Notes: a model not told the origin generated them from the sequence alone. A stretch of 53,023 nt of DNA from an uncultured Rikenellaceae bacterium (GCA_947054185.1 CAMRVW010000001.1:1-53023), one strand, 5' to 3'; counted from the first letter of the stretch, positions 26,836 through 37,075 are shown. Numbers and translations: made by a program.

Positions 26836-29800
26836 ATGATAAACAGGATAATAAAATATTCTCTCGACAACAGGTTGGTGATAATGGCGCTCTCTGTGCT
26901 GCTCATGTTTGCGGGCGGTTACACTGTGGGGCGCATGGAGGTCGATGTGTTTCCCGACCTTACCGCGCCCACAGTGGTGGTGATGACCGAGGCGCAGGGT
27001 CTGGCCTCCGAAGAGGTGGAACGGCTGGTGACCTTTCCTGTGGAGACATCGTTGAACGGTGCCACCAACGTGCGGCGCGTACGTTCGCAGTCGTCGACGG
27101 GCTTCTCGGTGGTATGGGTCGAGTTTGACTGGGGCACCGACATATACATAGCCCGGCAGATTGTCACCGAGAAGCTGGGCAGCGTGTCCGAGCAGTTGCC
27201 CGACGGTGTGGGTGCACCCACGCTTGCGCCCCAGTCGTCGTTGCTCGGCGAGGTGATGATAATAGGTGTCACATCAGACAGCATGTCGCTCGGGCAGTTG
27301 CGCACGTTGGCCGACTGGTCTATGCGTCCGCGTCTGTTGTCGGTGGGCGGTGTGGCCCAGGTGACGGTGTCGGGCGGCGAGGTGGCCGAGTATCAGATAC
27401 TTCTCGACCCCTTACGCATGAAGCATTACGGCGTCACCCTCGACGAGGCGTTAGCCGCTGCCGGGAGGCTCAACGACAACGCCTCGGGCGGCATAATAAA
27501 CAGTCGCGGCAACGAATATATAATACGCGGCATGGTGCGTACCACCGATCCCGTGCAGATGGGGCAGGCTGTGGTAAGGCAGGCGGACGGGCTGCCCGTC
27601 ACCTTTGCCGACATAGCCACGGTGCGCATGGGTGCCAAGAGTCCGCTGCTTGGCGAGGCCTCGGTGGAGGGCAAGCCGGGTGTGTTGCTCTCGATAACCA
27701 AACAGCCGGGCGTCGACACGGGCCGCCTGACCGAAGAGTTAGACCGCACATTGGCCGACCTTAAGAGAAACATGCCCGCCGGAGTGGTGTTCAACACCGA
27801 CATTTTCCGTCAGTCGACATTCATAGACGCTTCGATACATAACATAGAGCGCGCCCTGATAGAGGGAGCCGTGCTGGTGGTGGTGATATTGTTCATATTT
27901 TTAGCCAATGTGCGCACCACTGTCATATCGCTGGTGGCCATACCGTTGTCGCTGCTCTTCTCGGTGGTGGTGCTCAAGGTGATGGGGCTCACGCTCAATA
28001 CCATGAGTTTGGGCGGGTTGGCCATTGCCATAGGTTCGCTTGTGGACGACGCCATAATAGACGTTGAGAATGTGTTCCGCCGGTTGCGTGAAAACAACCT
28101 GCTGCCGCCGGAGAGCCGGGCTCCCAAGCTGAAGGTGATATATGAGGCGTCGGCAGAGATCCGTTCGTCGATATTCAATGCCACGCTCATCATCATAGTC
28201 ACTTTCGTGCCCCTCTTTTTCCTTAGCGGCATGGAGGGACGCATGCTCAAGTCGTTGGGGGTGTCGTTCATAGTGTCGCTCTTTGCCTCTATGGTTGTGG
28301 CTGTCACCATCACACCCGTGTTGTGCTCGTATATGCTCACCTCAGACAAGATGTTGGCCGGCCATGAGCGCGAGCCGTGGATCACCCGCAAGATGAAAGA
28401 GGGGTATCGCAGGTTGCTCACGGCGGTGCTGAACCATCGTAAGGTGGTGGTGGCCGTGGCCGTGGTGCTCTTCGGCGGCGCCATGTTTGTGATGACGCGT
28501 CTGGGGCGCAGCTTTCTGCCTCCGTTCAACGAGGGGTCGATGTCGATTTCGCTGGCCACCCTTCCGGGCACCGACATGGCTCACAGCGGACGTTTGGCAT
28601 CCATTGCAGAGGAGATGCTTTTGTCCATCCCCGAGGTCAGGACCGTGGCCCGCAAGACGGGACGCGCCGAGCTCGACGAGCATGCTTTGGGCTCCAACAC
28701 CTCGGAGCTTGACGTGCCTTTCGTGCTCGGTGACAGAAGCCGTCGGGAGCTGTTTGCCGAGGTGCGCGACAAGCTGGGGTCGATAGACGGCGTGGTGTTC
28801 GAGATAGGGCAGCCCATATCGCACCGCATGGACATGTTGCTGTCGGGTACGCGTTCAAATATCGCCATCAAGATATTCGGCGATGACCTGCAACGCATGT
28901 TTGCCATAGGCGGCTCCATCAAGACGCTTGTGGAGGATATACCCGGTCTGGTGGATGTCAATGTGGAGCAGCAGATAGAGAGTCCGCAGATACACATAAA
29001 GCCCCGCAGACAGGTGCTGTCGCGTCTTGGCATACCCATAGGCGACTTTGTCGACGATTTGGAGGTGGCTCTGGCCGGGCGCGTGGTGTCGCAGGTCTAT
29101 GACAGGTCGCGTAACTTTGACGTGACGGTGAAATTTGACGACAGGGTGAAAGAGTCGCCCGAGGAGTTGGGCCGCATACTCTTCGACGCCACGGTGGACG
29201 GACGCAGCGTCAAGGTGCCGCTCGGCGAGATTGCCGAGATAGTATCCACGTCGGGTCCCAACTCGGTAAACCGCGAGAATGTGATGCGCAAGGTGGTGGT
29301 GTCGGCAAACGTGGAGGGGGGCGACCTGCGAGGCGTGGTCGATGAGATTGCGCGCCGTGTGGATGAGTCGATAGCGTTGCCCGAAGATTATCACATTGAG
29401 TATGGCGGTCAGTTCGAGAGCGAGGCGGCGGCATCGCGCACGTTGATGATAATGTCGGCTCTCTCGATATTGGTGGTGCTTCTGCTGCTGTTCGGCGAGT
29501 TTCACAATGTCAGGCTCACGGGCATAGTGATGCTCAACCTGCCACTGTCGCTCATTGGCGGGGTGTTTGCCGTGTGGCTGTCGTCGGGGGTGATAAGCAT
29601 ACCTTCCATAATAGGTTTCATATCGCTTTTCGGTATTGCCACGCGCAACGGCATATTGCTCATATCTCACTTCAATGACTTGAAAAACAAGGGTATGGGT
29701 GTGGTTGAACGGGTGGTCGCAGGTTCTTACGACCGTCTCAACCCCATCATACTGACGGCCCTTACCTCGGGGTTGGCCTTGATACCCATTGCATTAGGTG

Positions 29801-29937
29801 GGTCGTTGCCCGGCAATGAGATTCAGAGTCCCATGGCCGTGGTGATACTCGGCGGTCTTTTCAGCTCCACATTGTTGAATCTTTTCGTTGTGCCGGCGGT
29901 ATATGTGCTTGTGTATGACGGAAAAGAGAGGGAGTGA
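26836..29937 (+). CDS. CusA/CzcA-family heavy-metal efflux RND transporter
   Basis: 1033 aa with 12-TM RND topology and two large periplasmic loops. The N-terminus MINRIIKYSLDNRLVIMALSVLL is typical of the HME-RND family. Confidence 0.95.
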   Translation: MINRIIKYSLDNRLVIMALSVLLMFAGGYTVGRMEVDVFPDLTAPTVVVMTEAQGLASEEVERLVTFPVETSLNGATNVRRVRSQSSTGFSVVWVEFDWGTDIYIARQIVTEKLGSVSEQLPDGVGAPTLAPQSSLLGEVMIIGVTSDSMSLGQLRTLADWSMRPRLLSVGGVAQVTVSGGEVAEYQILLDPLRMKHYGVTLDEALAAAGRLNDNASGGIINSRGNEYIIRGMVRTTDPVQMGQAVVRQADGLPVTFADIATVRMGAKSPLLGEASVEGKPGVLLSITKQPGVDTGRLTEELDRTLADLKRNMPAGVVFNTDIFRQSTFIDASIHNIERALIEGAVLVVVILFIFLANVRTTVISLVAIPLSLLFSVVVLKVMGLTLNTMSLGGLAIAIGSLVDDAIIDVENVFRRLRENNLLPPESRAPKLKVIYEASAEIRSSIFNATLIIIVTFVPLFFLSGMEGRMLKSLGVSFIVSLFASMVVAVTITPVLCSYMLTSDKMLAGHEREPWITRKMKEGYRRLLTAVLNHRKVVVAVAVVLFGGAMFVMTRLGRSFLPPFNEGSMSISLATLPGTDMAHSGRLASIAEEMLLSIPEVRTVARKTGRAELDEHALGSNTSELDVPFVLGDRSRRELFAEVRDKLGSIDGVVFEIGQPISHRMDMLLSGTRSNIAIKIFGDDLQRMFAIGGSIKTLVEDIPGLVDVNVEQQIESPQIHIKPRRQVLSRLGIPIGDFVDDLEVALAGRVVSQVYDRSRNFDVTVKFDDRVKESPEELGRILFDATVDGRSVKVPLGEIAEIVSTSGPNSVNRENVMRKVVVSANVEGGDLRGVVDEIARRVDESIALPEDYHIEYGGQFESEAAASRTLMIMSALSILVVLLLLFGEFHNVRLTGIVMLNLPLSLIGGVFAVWLSSGVISIPSIIGFISLFGIATRNGILLISHFNDLKNKGMGVVERVVAGSYDRLNPIILTALTSGLALIPIALGGSLPGNEIQSPMAVVILGGLFSSTLLNLFVVPAVYVLVYDGKERE

Positions 29938-29965
29938 GAGTGGTTACATTAAAAGAGACAGATTG

Positions 29966-31195
29966 ATGAAAAAGATATTTTTAGCGGCCCTGATGTCGTT
30001 TGCCTCGCTTGCCGGGCAGGCGCAGATAGAGCCTAACACCGTGATGTGCACCAAAGATATGCCCGTCATGGAGATGCCAATGGGGGCGGGTTATGCCCGT
30101 TTCATAGAGCATGTGCTGGCTTCGAGTGTCGAGATAGAGGCGCTCGGGGCCGCGCTTGAGGCCGAGACAAAGGCTGCGCGCGTGGGCATAGGGCCTGAAG
30201 ACCCCGAGGCCGAGATAGCCTATTTCGTAAAGCGTAACACATCGTTCGAGATGAATGTGGTGCAGGGGTTTGAGTTTCCCACCGTCTATGTCAACCGTTC
30301 GCGGTTGGCGCGTTTGCAGTCGGCTCGCAGCGGTGCGGCCTATCGCATGGCGGTGCGTGAGTTGGTGGGGCAGGCGCAAGCCATGTATATGGATGCCGTC
30401 TATTACAACAACCTCATATCGTTGCTGGCGCGTTCGCTCGACAATGCCGACCGTTTTTACCGCACCTATCGCAAGCGTATGACCGGCGGTGATGGCACCG
30501 TGTTGGAGGCCAATAAGATAGAGGCGATGTATTTGGGCGTGTCGGCGCAGTATCGCAAGGCGGTGACCGAGCGTGACAACAATCTGCGCAAGATGCGCCT
30601 GCTGGCTTCACTGCCCGAGACGTTCACCGTCACCGACAGCATCTATCCTGCATTCGATGTTGACGTCGAGGGCTTTGTGGCACGTGCCCTCGAGATGGAT
30701 TACGGCCTTGAGCAGGCGGCAATAGACACGCTGATCGCCCGGAGGCAGCTGCGTCTGTCACGCAGCGAGAGGCTGCCCGGCTTTAAGGTCGGTTACCGTC
30801 TGAGCATGGAGGCGCGTGAGCCGTCGCACGGTGTCGTTGCCGGTTTGAGCATACCGCTGTGGGGACGGGCAGGCTCTGTAAAGGCGGCCAAGGCGGCGCA
30901 GCACTCTGCACACAAGAGCATGGAGGCCAAGCGCGCCTTGCTCGAAGCGGAGCTCGAGGGGGTGAGAGAGTCGTACCTTACATCTGTGGCCACGCTTGAC
31001 GATTACCGCAGGTTGCTCAGGGGACGTTCGTCGGCCGAGGTGCTCGGCAAGGCCCTCGATGCGGGCGAGCTGTCGGTGCTCGAATATTTCGTGGAGCTCA
31101 ACGTGTGGTACGATACCGCGGTGGCGATAGTTGAAAACGAGCACGAGGCGGCTCTTGCGGCGGCCTTCATGCAGTTGTGCGTGTCGGAGTTTTGA
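29966..31195 (+). CDS. TolC-family outer-membrane efflux protein
   Basis: The start MKKIFLAALMSFASLAGQAQ (ATG at 29966) is a signal peptide. The body is a two-repeat alpha-helical OMF. The open frame extends to 29888 and overlaps the RND gene. Confidence 0.85.
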   Translation: MKKIFLAALMSFASLAGQAQIEPNTVMCTKDMPVMEMPMGAGYARFIEHVLASSVEIEALGAALEAETKAARVGIGPEDPEAEIAYFVKRNTSFEMNVVQGFEFPTVYVNRSRLARLQSARSGAAYRMAVRELVGQAQAMYMDAVYYNNLISLLARSLDNADRFYRTYRKRMTGGDGTVLEANKIEAMYLGVSAQYRKAVTERDNNLRKMRLLASLPETFTVTDSIYPAFDVDVEGFVARALEMDYGLEQAAIDTLIARRQLRLSRSERLPGFKVGYRLSMEAREPSHGVVAGLSIPLWGRAGSVKAAKAAQHSAHKSMEAKRALLEAELEGVRESYLTSVATLDDYRRLLRGRSSAEVLGKALDAGELSVLEYFVELNVWYDTAVAIVENEHEAALAAAFMQLCVSEF

Positions 31196-31215
31196 TGACA
31201 TTGATTTGTTTTAAA

Positions 31216-31241
31216 AGGCCGTCCGACGGGGCGGCCTTTTT
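31216..31241 (+). terminator. Rho-independent terminator of the efflux operon
   Basis: aggccg (31216-31221) pairs with cggcct (31232-31237), followed by T5. Confidence 0.7.
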
Positions 31242-31334
31242 GTTTGTGCGGAGGCCTCGGGGGGCGTGTCTGGTCTGACAGGTGTTTTTGCGGGCTATTT
31301 GTTGTGCGGGTTGTCGTTGTCTTGTAAAAAATGT

Positions 31335-31342
31335 TATCTTTG
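31335..31342 (+). promoter_or_regulatory. -7 box TATCTTTG for dnaX
   Basis: Exact match 47 nt upstream of the ATG at 31389. Confidence 0.5.
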
Positions 31343-31388
31343 CATGAGCCTCTGTGTGAGGTGTCTTTTATGTAAAAGAGTATTCAAT

Positions 31389-33350
31389 ATGAGTGAGTTT
31401 ATAGTATCGGCACGAAAATATCGCCCTGTGACTTTCGAGTCGGTTGTGGGGCAGAGACATATAACCGAGACGTTGCGCAATGCCGTGACAAGGGGCACCA
31501 TTGCACATGCCTATCTGTTTTGCGGTCCGCGCGGGGTGGGTAAGACCACATGCGCGCGCATCTTGGCCAAGACCATCAACTGCCTGTCGCCCAAAGACAA
31601 CGCCGAGCCGTGCAACGAGTGCGAGTCGTGCCGTGCCTTTGCCGACAACAGGTCGTTCAACATACACGAGCTCGATGCCGCGTCGAACAACTCGGTCGAC
31701 AACATACGCGCACTCACCGAGCAGGTGCGCATACCGCCGCAGGTGGGCCGTTACAGCATTTACATAATTGATGAGGCCCACATGTTGTCGACGGCTGCAT
31801 TCAACGCCTTTCTCAAAACACTCGAAGAGCCGCCCGCGCATGCCGTTTTCATACTGGCCACCACCGAGAAGCACAAGATAATACCGACCATATTGTCGCG
31901 GTGTCAGATATATGATTTCAAGCGCATAAAGGTTGACGGTGTGGTCGATTACCTCAAGTTCATATCGGGTAATGAGGCTGTGGGGTATGACGACGAGGCG
32001 TTGCACATAATAGCCCAAAAGGCCGACGGGTGCATGCGCGACGCCCTTTCGATGTATGACAAGGCGGTGTTGTATTGTGCCGGCAACCTTACGGGGCATG
32101 CTGTGGCAGAGGCGCTTAACGTGCTCGATTACGACACATATTTCAATTTTGTCGACACGGTGGCGGCGGGCGATTATGCCTCGGCACTCGTGCAGTTTGA
32201 CGATGTGTTGCAGAAGGGGTTTGACCCGCAGATATTTCTTGGCGGCCTGTGTGCTCATCTGCGTAATCTGTTGGTTGCCAAAAACGGGTCGACCATGTCG
32301 CTTTTGGAGGTGACAGGCTCGGTGGCCGAGCGTTACAAGAGGCAGGCTGCCGCGGTGAATGTGCCTTTTGTGTTCGATGCCCTGAATATAGTGTCGTCGG
32401 GTGAGCGAGACATCAAGAACAGCAATTCGCAGAGGCTTCAAAGCGAGATAGTCATACTTAAGATATGCAACCTCTCTCCGGTCAAGCTTACAGGCGGGCC
32501 GTCGGGGGCTTATACTCTGCCGTCGGGAGGAGCTTCTGCACCCGTTGCAGGGGCGGCTTCTTCTGTGGGGACGGGCTCTTCTGCGAGGGGTGCGGCTCCT
32601 GCGGCCCCTGTGGGTTCTGCGGGTGCCGGGGGGGCTTCTGCGGGTGTGGCGCGGGGTGGTGCTGTCGCTTCAGCGGCAACTGTTTCGTCGGCAGGTGGTG
32701 CGGCATCTGTGCCTTCGGGCGGTGCCTCTGTGAGGGCGGGCATGGCTGTCACGTCGGCTCCTTCGGTGACGGTGTCGGCACGTCCTGCTGTATCACGCCC
32801 TGTGTCGGGGGCATCATCTGCGGCGGTGGCATCGTCTGTGGCGGACTCTTCTTATGCGGGGGGGGCGTCGCGGGGAGGCTCCAAGTTGGGTTTGTCTATA
32901 AGTTCTATGGTGGGGAGTGCCGCCAGGGCAACGGCGTCGAACGAGGCCAAGAGCGACGAGGCCGAGCCCGACGTCATCTCACCGATTGCCGAGAGCGACC
33001 ATGAGGCGGTGCTCAACGCCTGTAAGGCTTATGCCTCCGAGCTGATAGAGAGTCGTCCGCGCATGGCGGTGGCTTTCACATCGGCGCACATAGATGACGG
33101 CCGCATTGTGCTGACATTGAAGAGCAAGATAATAGAGCAGGAGGTGACCCAAAACAAGTATGAGTTTGTCGGTCGTCTCATAGAGCTGTCGGGAGTGAGC
33201 AATATAAGCATAGAGACTGTGGTTGACGAGACCATGGAGGATAATACGAAGACAATCTTTGTCAAGGACGAAGACAAACTGAAGTATCTGACCGAGAAAA
33301 ACCCCGACATAAGGCAGTTGTGCAAGGAACTGGGGTTGGATTTCGCCTGA
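31389..33350 (+). CDS. dnaX: DNA polymerase III subunit gamma/tau
   Basis: The start is MSEFIVSARKYRPVTFESVVGQ. Walker A is GPRGVGKTT, the zinc module is CNECESC, and the SRC motif is TILSRCQ. A long Ala/Ser/Gly-rich linker separates these from the C-terminal domain. Confidence 0.93.
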   Translation: MSEFIVSARKYRPVTFESVVGQRHITETLRNAVTRGTIAHAYLFCGPRGVGKTTCARILAKTINCLSPKDNAEPCNECESCRAFADNRSFNIHELDAASNNSVDNIRALTEQVRIPPQVGRYSIYIIDEAHMLSTAAFNAFLKTLEEPPAHAVFILATTEKHKIIPTILSRCQIYDFKRIKVDGVVDYLKFISGNEAVGYDDEALHIIAQKADGCMRDALSMYDKAVLYCAGNLTGHAVAEALNVLDYDTYFNFVDTVAAGDYASALVQFDDVLQKGFDPQIFLGGLCAHLRNLLVAKNGSTMSLLEVTGSVAERYKRQAAAVNVPFVFDALNIVSSGERDIKNSNSQRLQSEIVILKICNLSPVKLTGGPSGAYTLPSGGASAPVAGAASSVGTGSSARGAAPAAPVGSAGAGGASAGVARGGAVASAATVSSAGGAASVPSGGASVRAGMAVTSAPSVTVSARPAVSRPVSGASSAAVASSVADSSYAGGASRGGSKLGLSISSMVGSAARATASNEAKSDEAEPDVISPIAESDHEAVLNACKAYASELIESRPRMAVAFTSAHIDDGRIVLTLKSKIIEQEVTQNKYEFVGRLIELSGVSNISIETVVDETMEDNTKTIFVKDEDKLKYLTEKNPDIRQLCKELGLDFA

Positions 33351-33400
33351 CGTACGGGCTGTGGCCTGTGTTTTTATGTTACCTCTCGGAGTCGGGACGG

Positions 33401-33964
33401 CTATTTCGCCGTGTTTTTACGGTGTCTTTCCGGGTCGAAAAATTTGTATCCTATGTTTACGCCTATCTTGTAAGGCATCCATTCGGCCGACATGTTGTAA
33501 AAGATATCTTCGCCAGTTACCTTGTTCAGCCCTGTGTACCAGCTGTGTTGCCAGCCATATCCCACGAACGCCTCTATGAGCATGCGTTTGCCAACCCTCC
33601 ATTGGTAACCGGTGGTGGCGCCTATGATAATGCCCCAGCCTTTGCAGTTTTTCATGTCGTCTTTGGCCATGTTAAAGCCCAGCATGCCGGCAGAGGCCCC
33701 TATATACCAGCCGTTGAAGTTTTCTTTGGTGTGAAACCTTACCTCGTTGAGGAATAAGCCGAATTGCATGGGACGTCCGCCCACAGAGTTCCACGGAGAG
33801 TACACACCCTCCATGTTGAAGGTGGTCTTTTTAGACAGAGGCATCTCCAATGACGGATTTATGACCCCCACGAGCGCATATACGCCGTTGAGTTTGACGT
33901 AAGATTGCGCCATAAGACTTGTGGATGACAATATCGCCAATGTGAGGAGGATGAACTTTTTCAT
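33401..33964 (-). CDS. DUF3575-like small outer-membrane beta-barrel protein
   Basis: 187 aa with a signal peptide ending MAQS. The alternating aromatic/glycine beta-strand pattern (GWYIGASAGM, GIIIGATTGYQW, EAFVGYGWQ) fits the family. Confidence 0.65.
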   Translation of the reverse strand: MKKFILLTLAILSSTSLMAQSYVKLNGVYALVGVINPSLEMPLSKKTTFNMEGVYSPWNSVGGRPMQFGLFLNEVRFHTKENFNGWYIGASAGMLGFNMAKDDMKNCKGWGIIIGATTGYQWRVGKRMLIEAFVGYGWQHSWYTGLNKVTGEDIFYNMSAEWMPYKIGVNIGYKFFDPERHRKNTAK

Positions 33965-33974
33965 GATAGAATAT

Positions 33975-34195
33975 TTGTTGCAAAGATACGATTAAGCCGA
34001 GAGGCAAGCAAATTTTATTTGTTTGCCCGAGGCGAGAGTATCTTAAAACCGACAGGTTAACGATACGATTAAGCCGAGAGGCAAGCAAATTTTATTTGTT
34101 TGTCCGAGGCGAGAGTATCTAAGACCGTCAACTCAAAGATGGCAAAAACTTGTTTGTTTTTGCCCCGGCGAAGTATTTAAGGCGAAGCTGAAAAC
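33975..34195 (-). repeat. Second array (~3 units) of the same ~75-nt promoter-like repeat, oriented toward the DUF3575-like gene
   Basis: On the minus strand the sequence reads ...ttgcttgcctctcggcttaatcgtatcgttaacc... and ends ...cttaatcgTATCTTTGcaacaaatattctatcATG. The TATCTTTG box lies at 33981-33988 and the ATG at 33964. Confidence 0.85.
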
Positions 34196-34280
34196 ATGAA
34201 CAGGCGAGGGCAAAAGCAAGGATGGTGTGTTTTGCTGTCAGGTCAAATGTATATAACAGAAAATGTTGTCGTACAGTGTT

Positions 34281-35201
34281 TTAATGTTTGAGTTTCACAT
34301 CGAACACCTCTCCTTGTGCGGCGCAATATGTCTGCGGGAATATCTTGCGGGCCTCTTCGAGCAGTGGTGTGTTGTCGCCTTTGTAACGCGATGAGAAGTG
34401 GCCTATGACCAGGCGGCCCACATTTGCTTTCAGGGCTGTCATGGCGGCGTCTGTTGCCGTGGAGTGGTCTGTCATGGCGGCGCGTGTGCTGTCCGGGCAT
34501 GCGAATGTCGCCTCGTGAAAGAGCAGGTCGACATCACGGACGGCCTCGACGATGGTGTCGGAATATGCCGTGTCGGTGCAGTAAGCTATCGAGCGTGGAG
34601 AGTATGGGCGATAGGTCAGCATGCTGTTGGGCAGGGTGTGGTCTGCGCGCACTATGTCTTCACCGCGTTTGGCGGCACATATCTCGTGGAGCGACAGCGA
34701 ATGGTTGGCGATGGCCGCCTTGCTGACGTTGAGTGCAGGAGTCTTCTCTTTGAAGAGAAAGCCGCATGCCGGCACCGAATGTTTCAGCGGTATGGTGGTT
34801 ATGGTCAGGGTCTTGTTTTCAAAGATGGTTTCGGCTCGGGCGGACTCTATGGGGTGGTGTTCTATCTTGTAAGGCAGCAGGTCGAAGAAGATGCCCATGG
34901 ACGACATCAGCTCCTCTAAGGCAGCAGGTGCATATATGTGTAACGGCTGCTCGCGTTTGATGAGTCCCATTGTGGAGACAAGGCCGAAGAGTCCGAAGAC
35001 GTGGTCGCCGTGCAGGTGGGTTATCAGTATGCGGTTGAGCTTGTGCAGCGGTATGTTATAGCGTATAAGTTGTTTTTGTACCCCTTCGCCGGCGTCTATC
35101 AAAAAAAACTGCTCGTGTGAGTTTATCACACAAGCAGTCGGATATTCGCCGACCACGGGAAGCGCCGATGCGCTCCCTAACATAGTCAGCCTGAAAGTCA
35201 T
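34281..35201 (-). CDS. rnz: Ribonuclease Z
   Basis: 306 aa with a metallo-beta-lactamase fold, the HLHGDH motif and an N-terminal LGSASALP. It starts 7 nt downstream of rpsA. Confidence 0.9.
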   Translation of the reverse strand: MTFRLTMLGSASALPVVGEYPTACVINSHEQFFLIDAGEGVQKQLIRYNIPLHKLNRILITHLHGDHVFGLFGLVSTMGLIKREQPLHIYAPAALEELMSSMGIFFDLLPYKIEHHPIESARAETIFENKTLTITTIPLKHSVPACGFLFKEKTPALNVSKAAIANHSLSLHEICAAKRGEDIVRADHTLPNSMLTYRPYSPRSIAYCTDTAYSDTIVEAVRDVDLLFHEATFACPDSTRAAMTDHSTATDAAMTALKANVGRLVIGHFSSRYKGDNTPLLEEARKIFPQTYCAAQGEVFDVKLKH

Positions 35202-35208
35202 ACGTTAA

Positions 35209-37020
35209 CTATTTTTCAGCGTTTTCAAGTTGTGCCTTAAGCTCGGCAAGACCTGAAATGTCACCCAAGGTGGTCTTCTCGACAGCTGAGTTGATCATCT
35301 TGACAGCCTTCTGAGTCGAGTTGCCGTCTTTAGAGGGTTTCTCTGAAGAGGCCTCGAGAGCGGGGGCGTTGTCGCCTTGCGCAATGCGGGTGTGCGACAG
35401 GGTGATACGTTTGGTTGCCTTTACAAACTCGATGACCTTGAAGTCGAGAGTCTCGCCGACAACGGGCATGGTGCCGTCTTCCTTAACCAGCTGCTTGGTG
35501 GGAGCGAAGCCCTCAACACCGTGCTCGAGGGTTACGATGGCGCCCTTGTCGTTGATTTCGGCTATTGTGCCCTTGTGTGTCGAGTCGAGCGTGAAGAGCG
35601 TTTCAAACACGTCCCAGGGGTTGTCTTCGAGCTGTTTGTGACCGAGGCTCAAACGACGGTTCTCTTTGTCTATCTCGAGCACCACAACCTCTATCTCTGC
35701 ACCCTTTGAGGTGAACTCTGCCGGGTGTTTGATTTTCTTGGTCCAGCTGAGGTCTGAGATGTGGATGAGGCCGTCGACGCCCTCTTCTATCTCGACGAAC
35801 ACGCCGAAGTTGGTGAAGTTACGCACTTTGGCCTTGTGGGTTGAGCCGACGGCATATTTGGTCTCGACATCTTCCCAGGGGTCTTTGGTGAGCTGTTTGA
35901 TGCCCAGGCTCATCTTGCGCTCGTCACGGTCGAGGGTGAGCACAACTGCCTCTATCTCGTCGCCAACCTTCATGAACTCCTGTGCAGAGCGCAGGTGCTG
36001 TGACCATGACATCTCGCTTACGTGTATCAGACCCTCGACGCCCGGAGCGATCTCGATGAACGCACCGTAATCGGCCATGACAACCACTTTGCCCTTGACC
36101 TTGTCGCCGATCTTAAGCTCTGAGCTGAGCGCATCCCAAGGATGGGGAGTGAGCTGCTTGAGACCCAAGGCGATACGTTTTTTGGCATCGTCGAAGTCGA
36201 GTATAACCACGTTGAGTTTCTCGTCGAGGTGTACAATCTCTTCGGGATGGTTTACGCGGCCCCAAGAGAGGTCGGTGATGTGTATGAGGCCATCCACGCC
36301 GCCAAGGTCGATGAACACGCCGTAAGAGGTGATGTTCTTGACGGTACCTTCGAGCACCTGACCTTTTTCGAGCTTGGAGATGATATCTTTTTTCTGTTGC
36401 TCGAGCTCGGCCTCGATGAGAGCCTTGTGCGATACAACGACATTGCGGTATTCCTGATTGATTTTGACAACCTTGAACTCCATGGTCTTACCCACATATA
36501 CGTCGTAATCGCGTATGGGTTTGACATCTATCTGAGAGCCGGGAAGGAACGCTTCTATGCCGAACACGTCCACGATCATGCCGCCTTTGGTTCTGCATTT
36601 GATGAAGCCTTTGATGATCTCGTCTTTCTCCAGAGCCTCGTTGACGCGGTCCCAAGAGCGGAGCTGACGTGCTTTCTTGTGAGAGAGCACCAGCTGGCCT
36701 TTTTTGTCTTCGGCGTTCTCGACATACACCTCGACCTTCTCGCCAATGGCAAGCTCGGGGTTGTAACGGAATTCGCTGACAGGTATCACACCCTCAGACT
36801 TGTAACCGATGTTGACGACAACCTCGCGTTTGTTAACCGCGATTACCGTTCCTTCGAGCACCTCGCCCGACTGGATGTTAGAGAGAGTCCTGTCGTATTT
36901 GTCGGAGATAGACTCTTTTGAGTCGTTGCCGTAAATACCTTTTTCGCTTTCAAACGCATCCCAATCGAATGTCTCGATGTTGGCTGAAGCGTTGATCTGC
37001 TCGTTTGTTTTTTCTGCCAT
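35209..37020 (-). CDS. rpsA: 30S ribosomal protein S1
   Basis: 603 aa with six S1 repeats (recurrent G.V..I..YG.F...G.V.GL.H.S....). Confidence 0.97.
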   Translation of the reverse strand: MAEKTNEQINASANIETFDWDAFESEKGIYGNDSKESISDKYDRTLSNIQSGEVLEGTVIAVNKREVVVNIGYKSEGVIPVSEFRYNPELAIGEKVEVYVENAEDKKGQLVLSHKKARQLRSWDRVNEALEKDEIIKGFIKCRTKGGMIVDVFGIEAFLPGSQIDVKPIRDYDVYVGKTMEFKVVKINQEYRNVVVSHKALIEAELEQQKKDIISKLEKGQVLEGTVKNITSYGVFIDLGGVDGLIHITDLSWGRVNHPEEIVHLDEKLNVVILDFDDAKKRIALGLKQLTPHPWDALSSELKIGDKVKGKVVVMADYGAFIEIAPGVEGLIHVSEMSWSQHLRSAQEFMKVGDEIEAVVLTLDRDERKMSLGIKQLTKDPWEDVETKYAVGSTHKAKVRNFTNFGVFVEIEEGVDGLIHISDLSWTKKIKHPAEFTSKGAEIEVVVLEIDKENRRLSLGHKQLEDNPWDVFETLFTLDSTHKGTIAEINDKGAIVTLEHGVEGFAPTKQLVKEDGTMPVVGETLDFKVIEFVKATKRITLSHTRIAQGDNAPALEASSEKPSKDGNSTQKAVKMINSAVEKTTLGDISGLAELKAQLENAEK

Positions 37021-37075
37021 TTCTATTAGTTGTTAGACATTATGTTTCACCTCTGGTCATCAGACTAGAGGCCTG

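Noticed and set aside
31368-32441. 357-aa ORF antisense to dnaX.
   Set aside because: It is a mirror-frame artefact, and the sense frame carries Walker A and the clamp-loader motifs.
31389-33350. A programmed -1 frameshift site in dnaX.
   Set aside because: I scanned for A AAA AAG-like slippery heptamers and found none by eye. This cannot be excluded without a computational scan.
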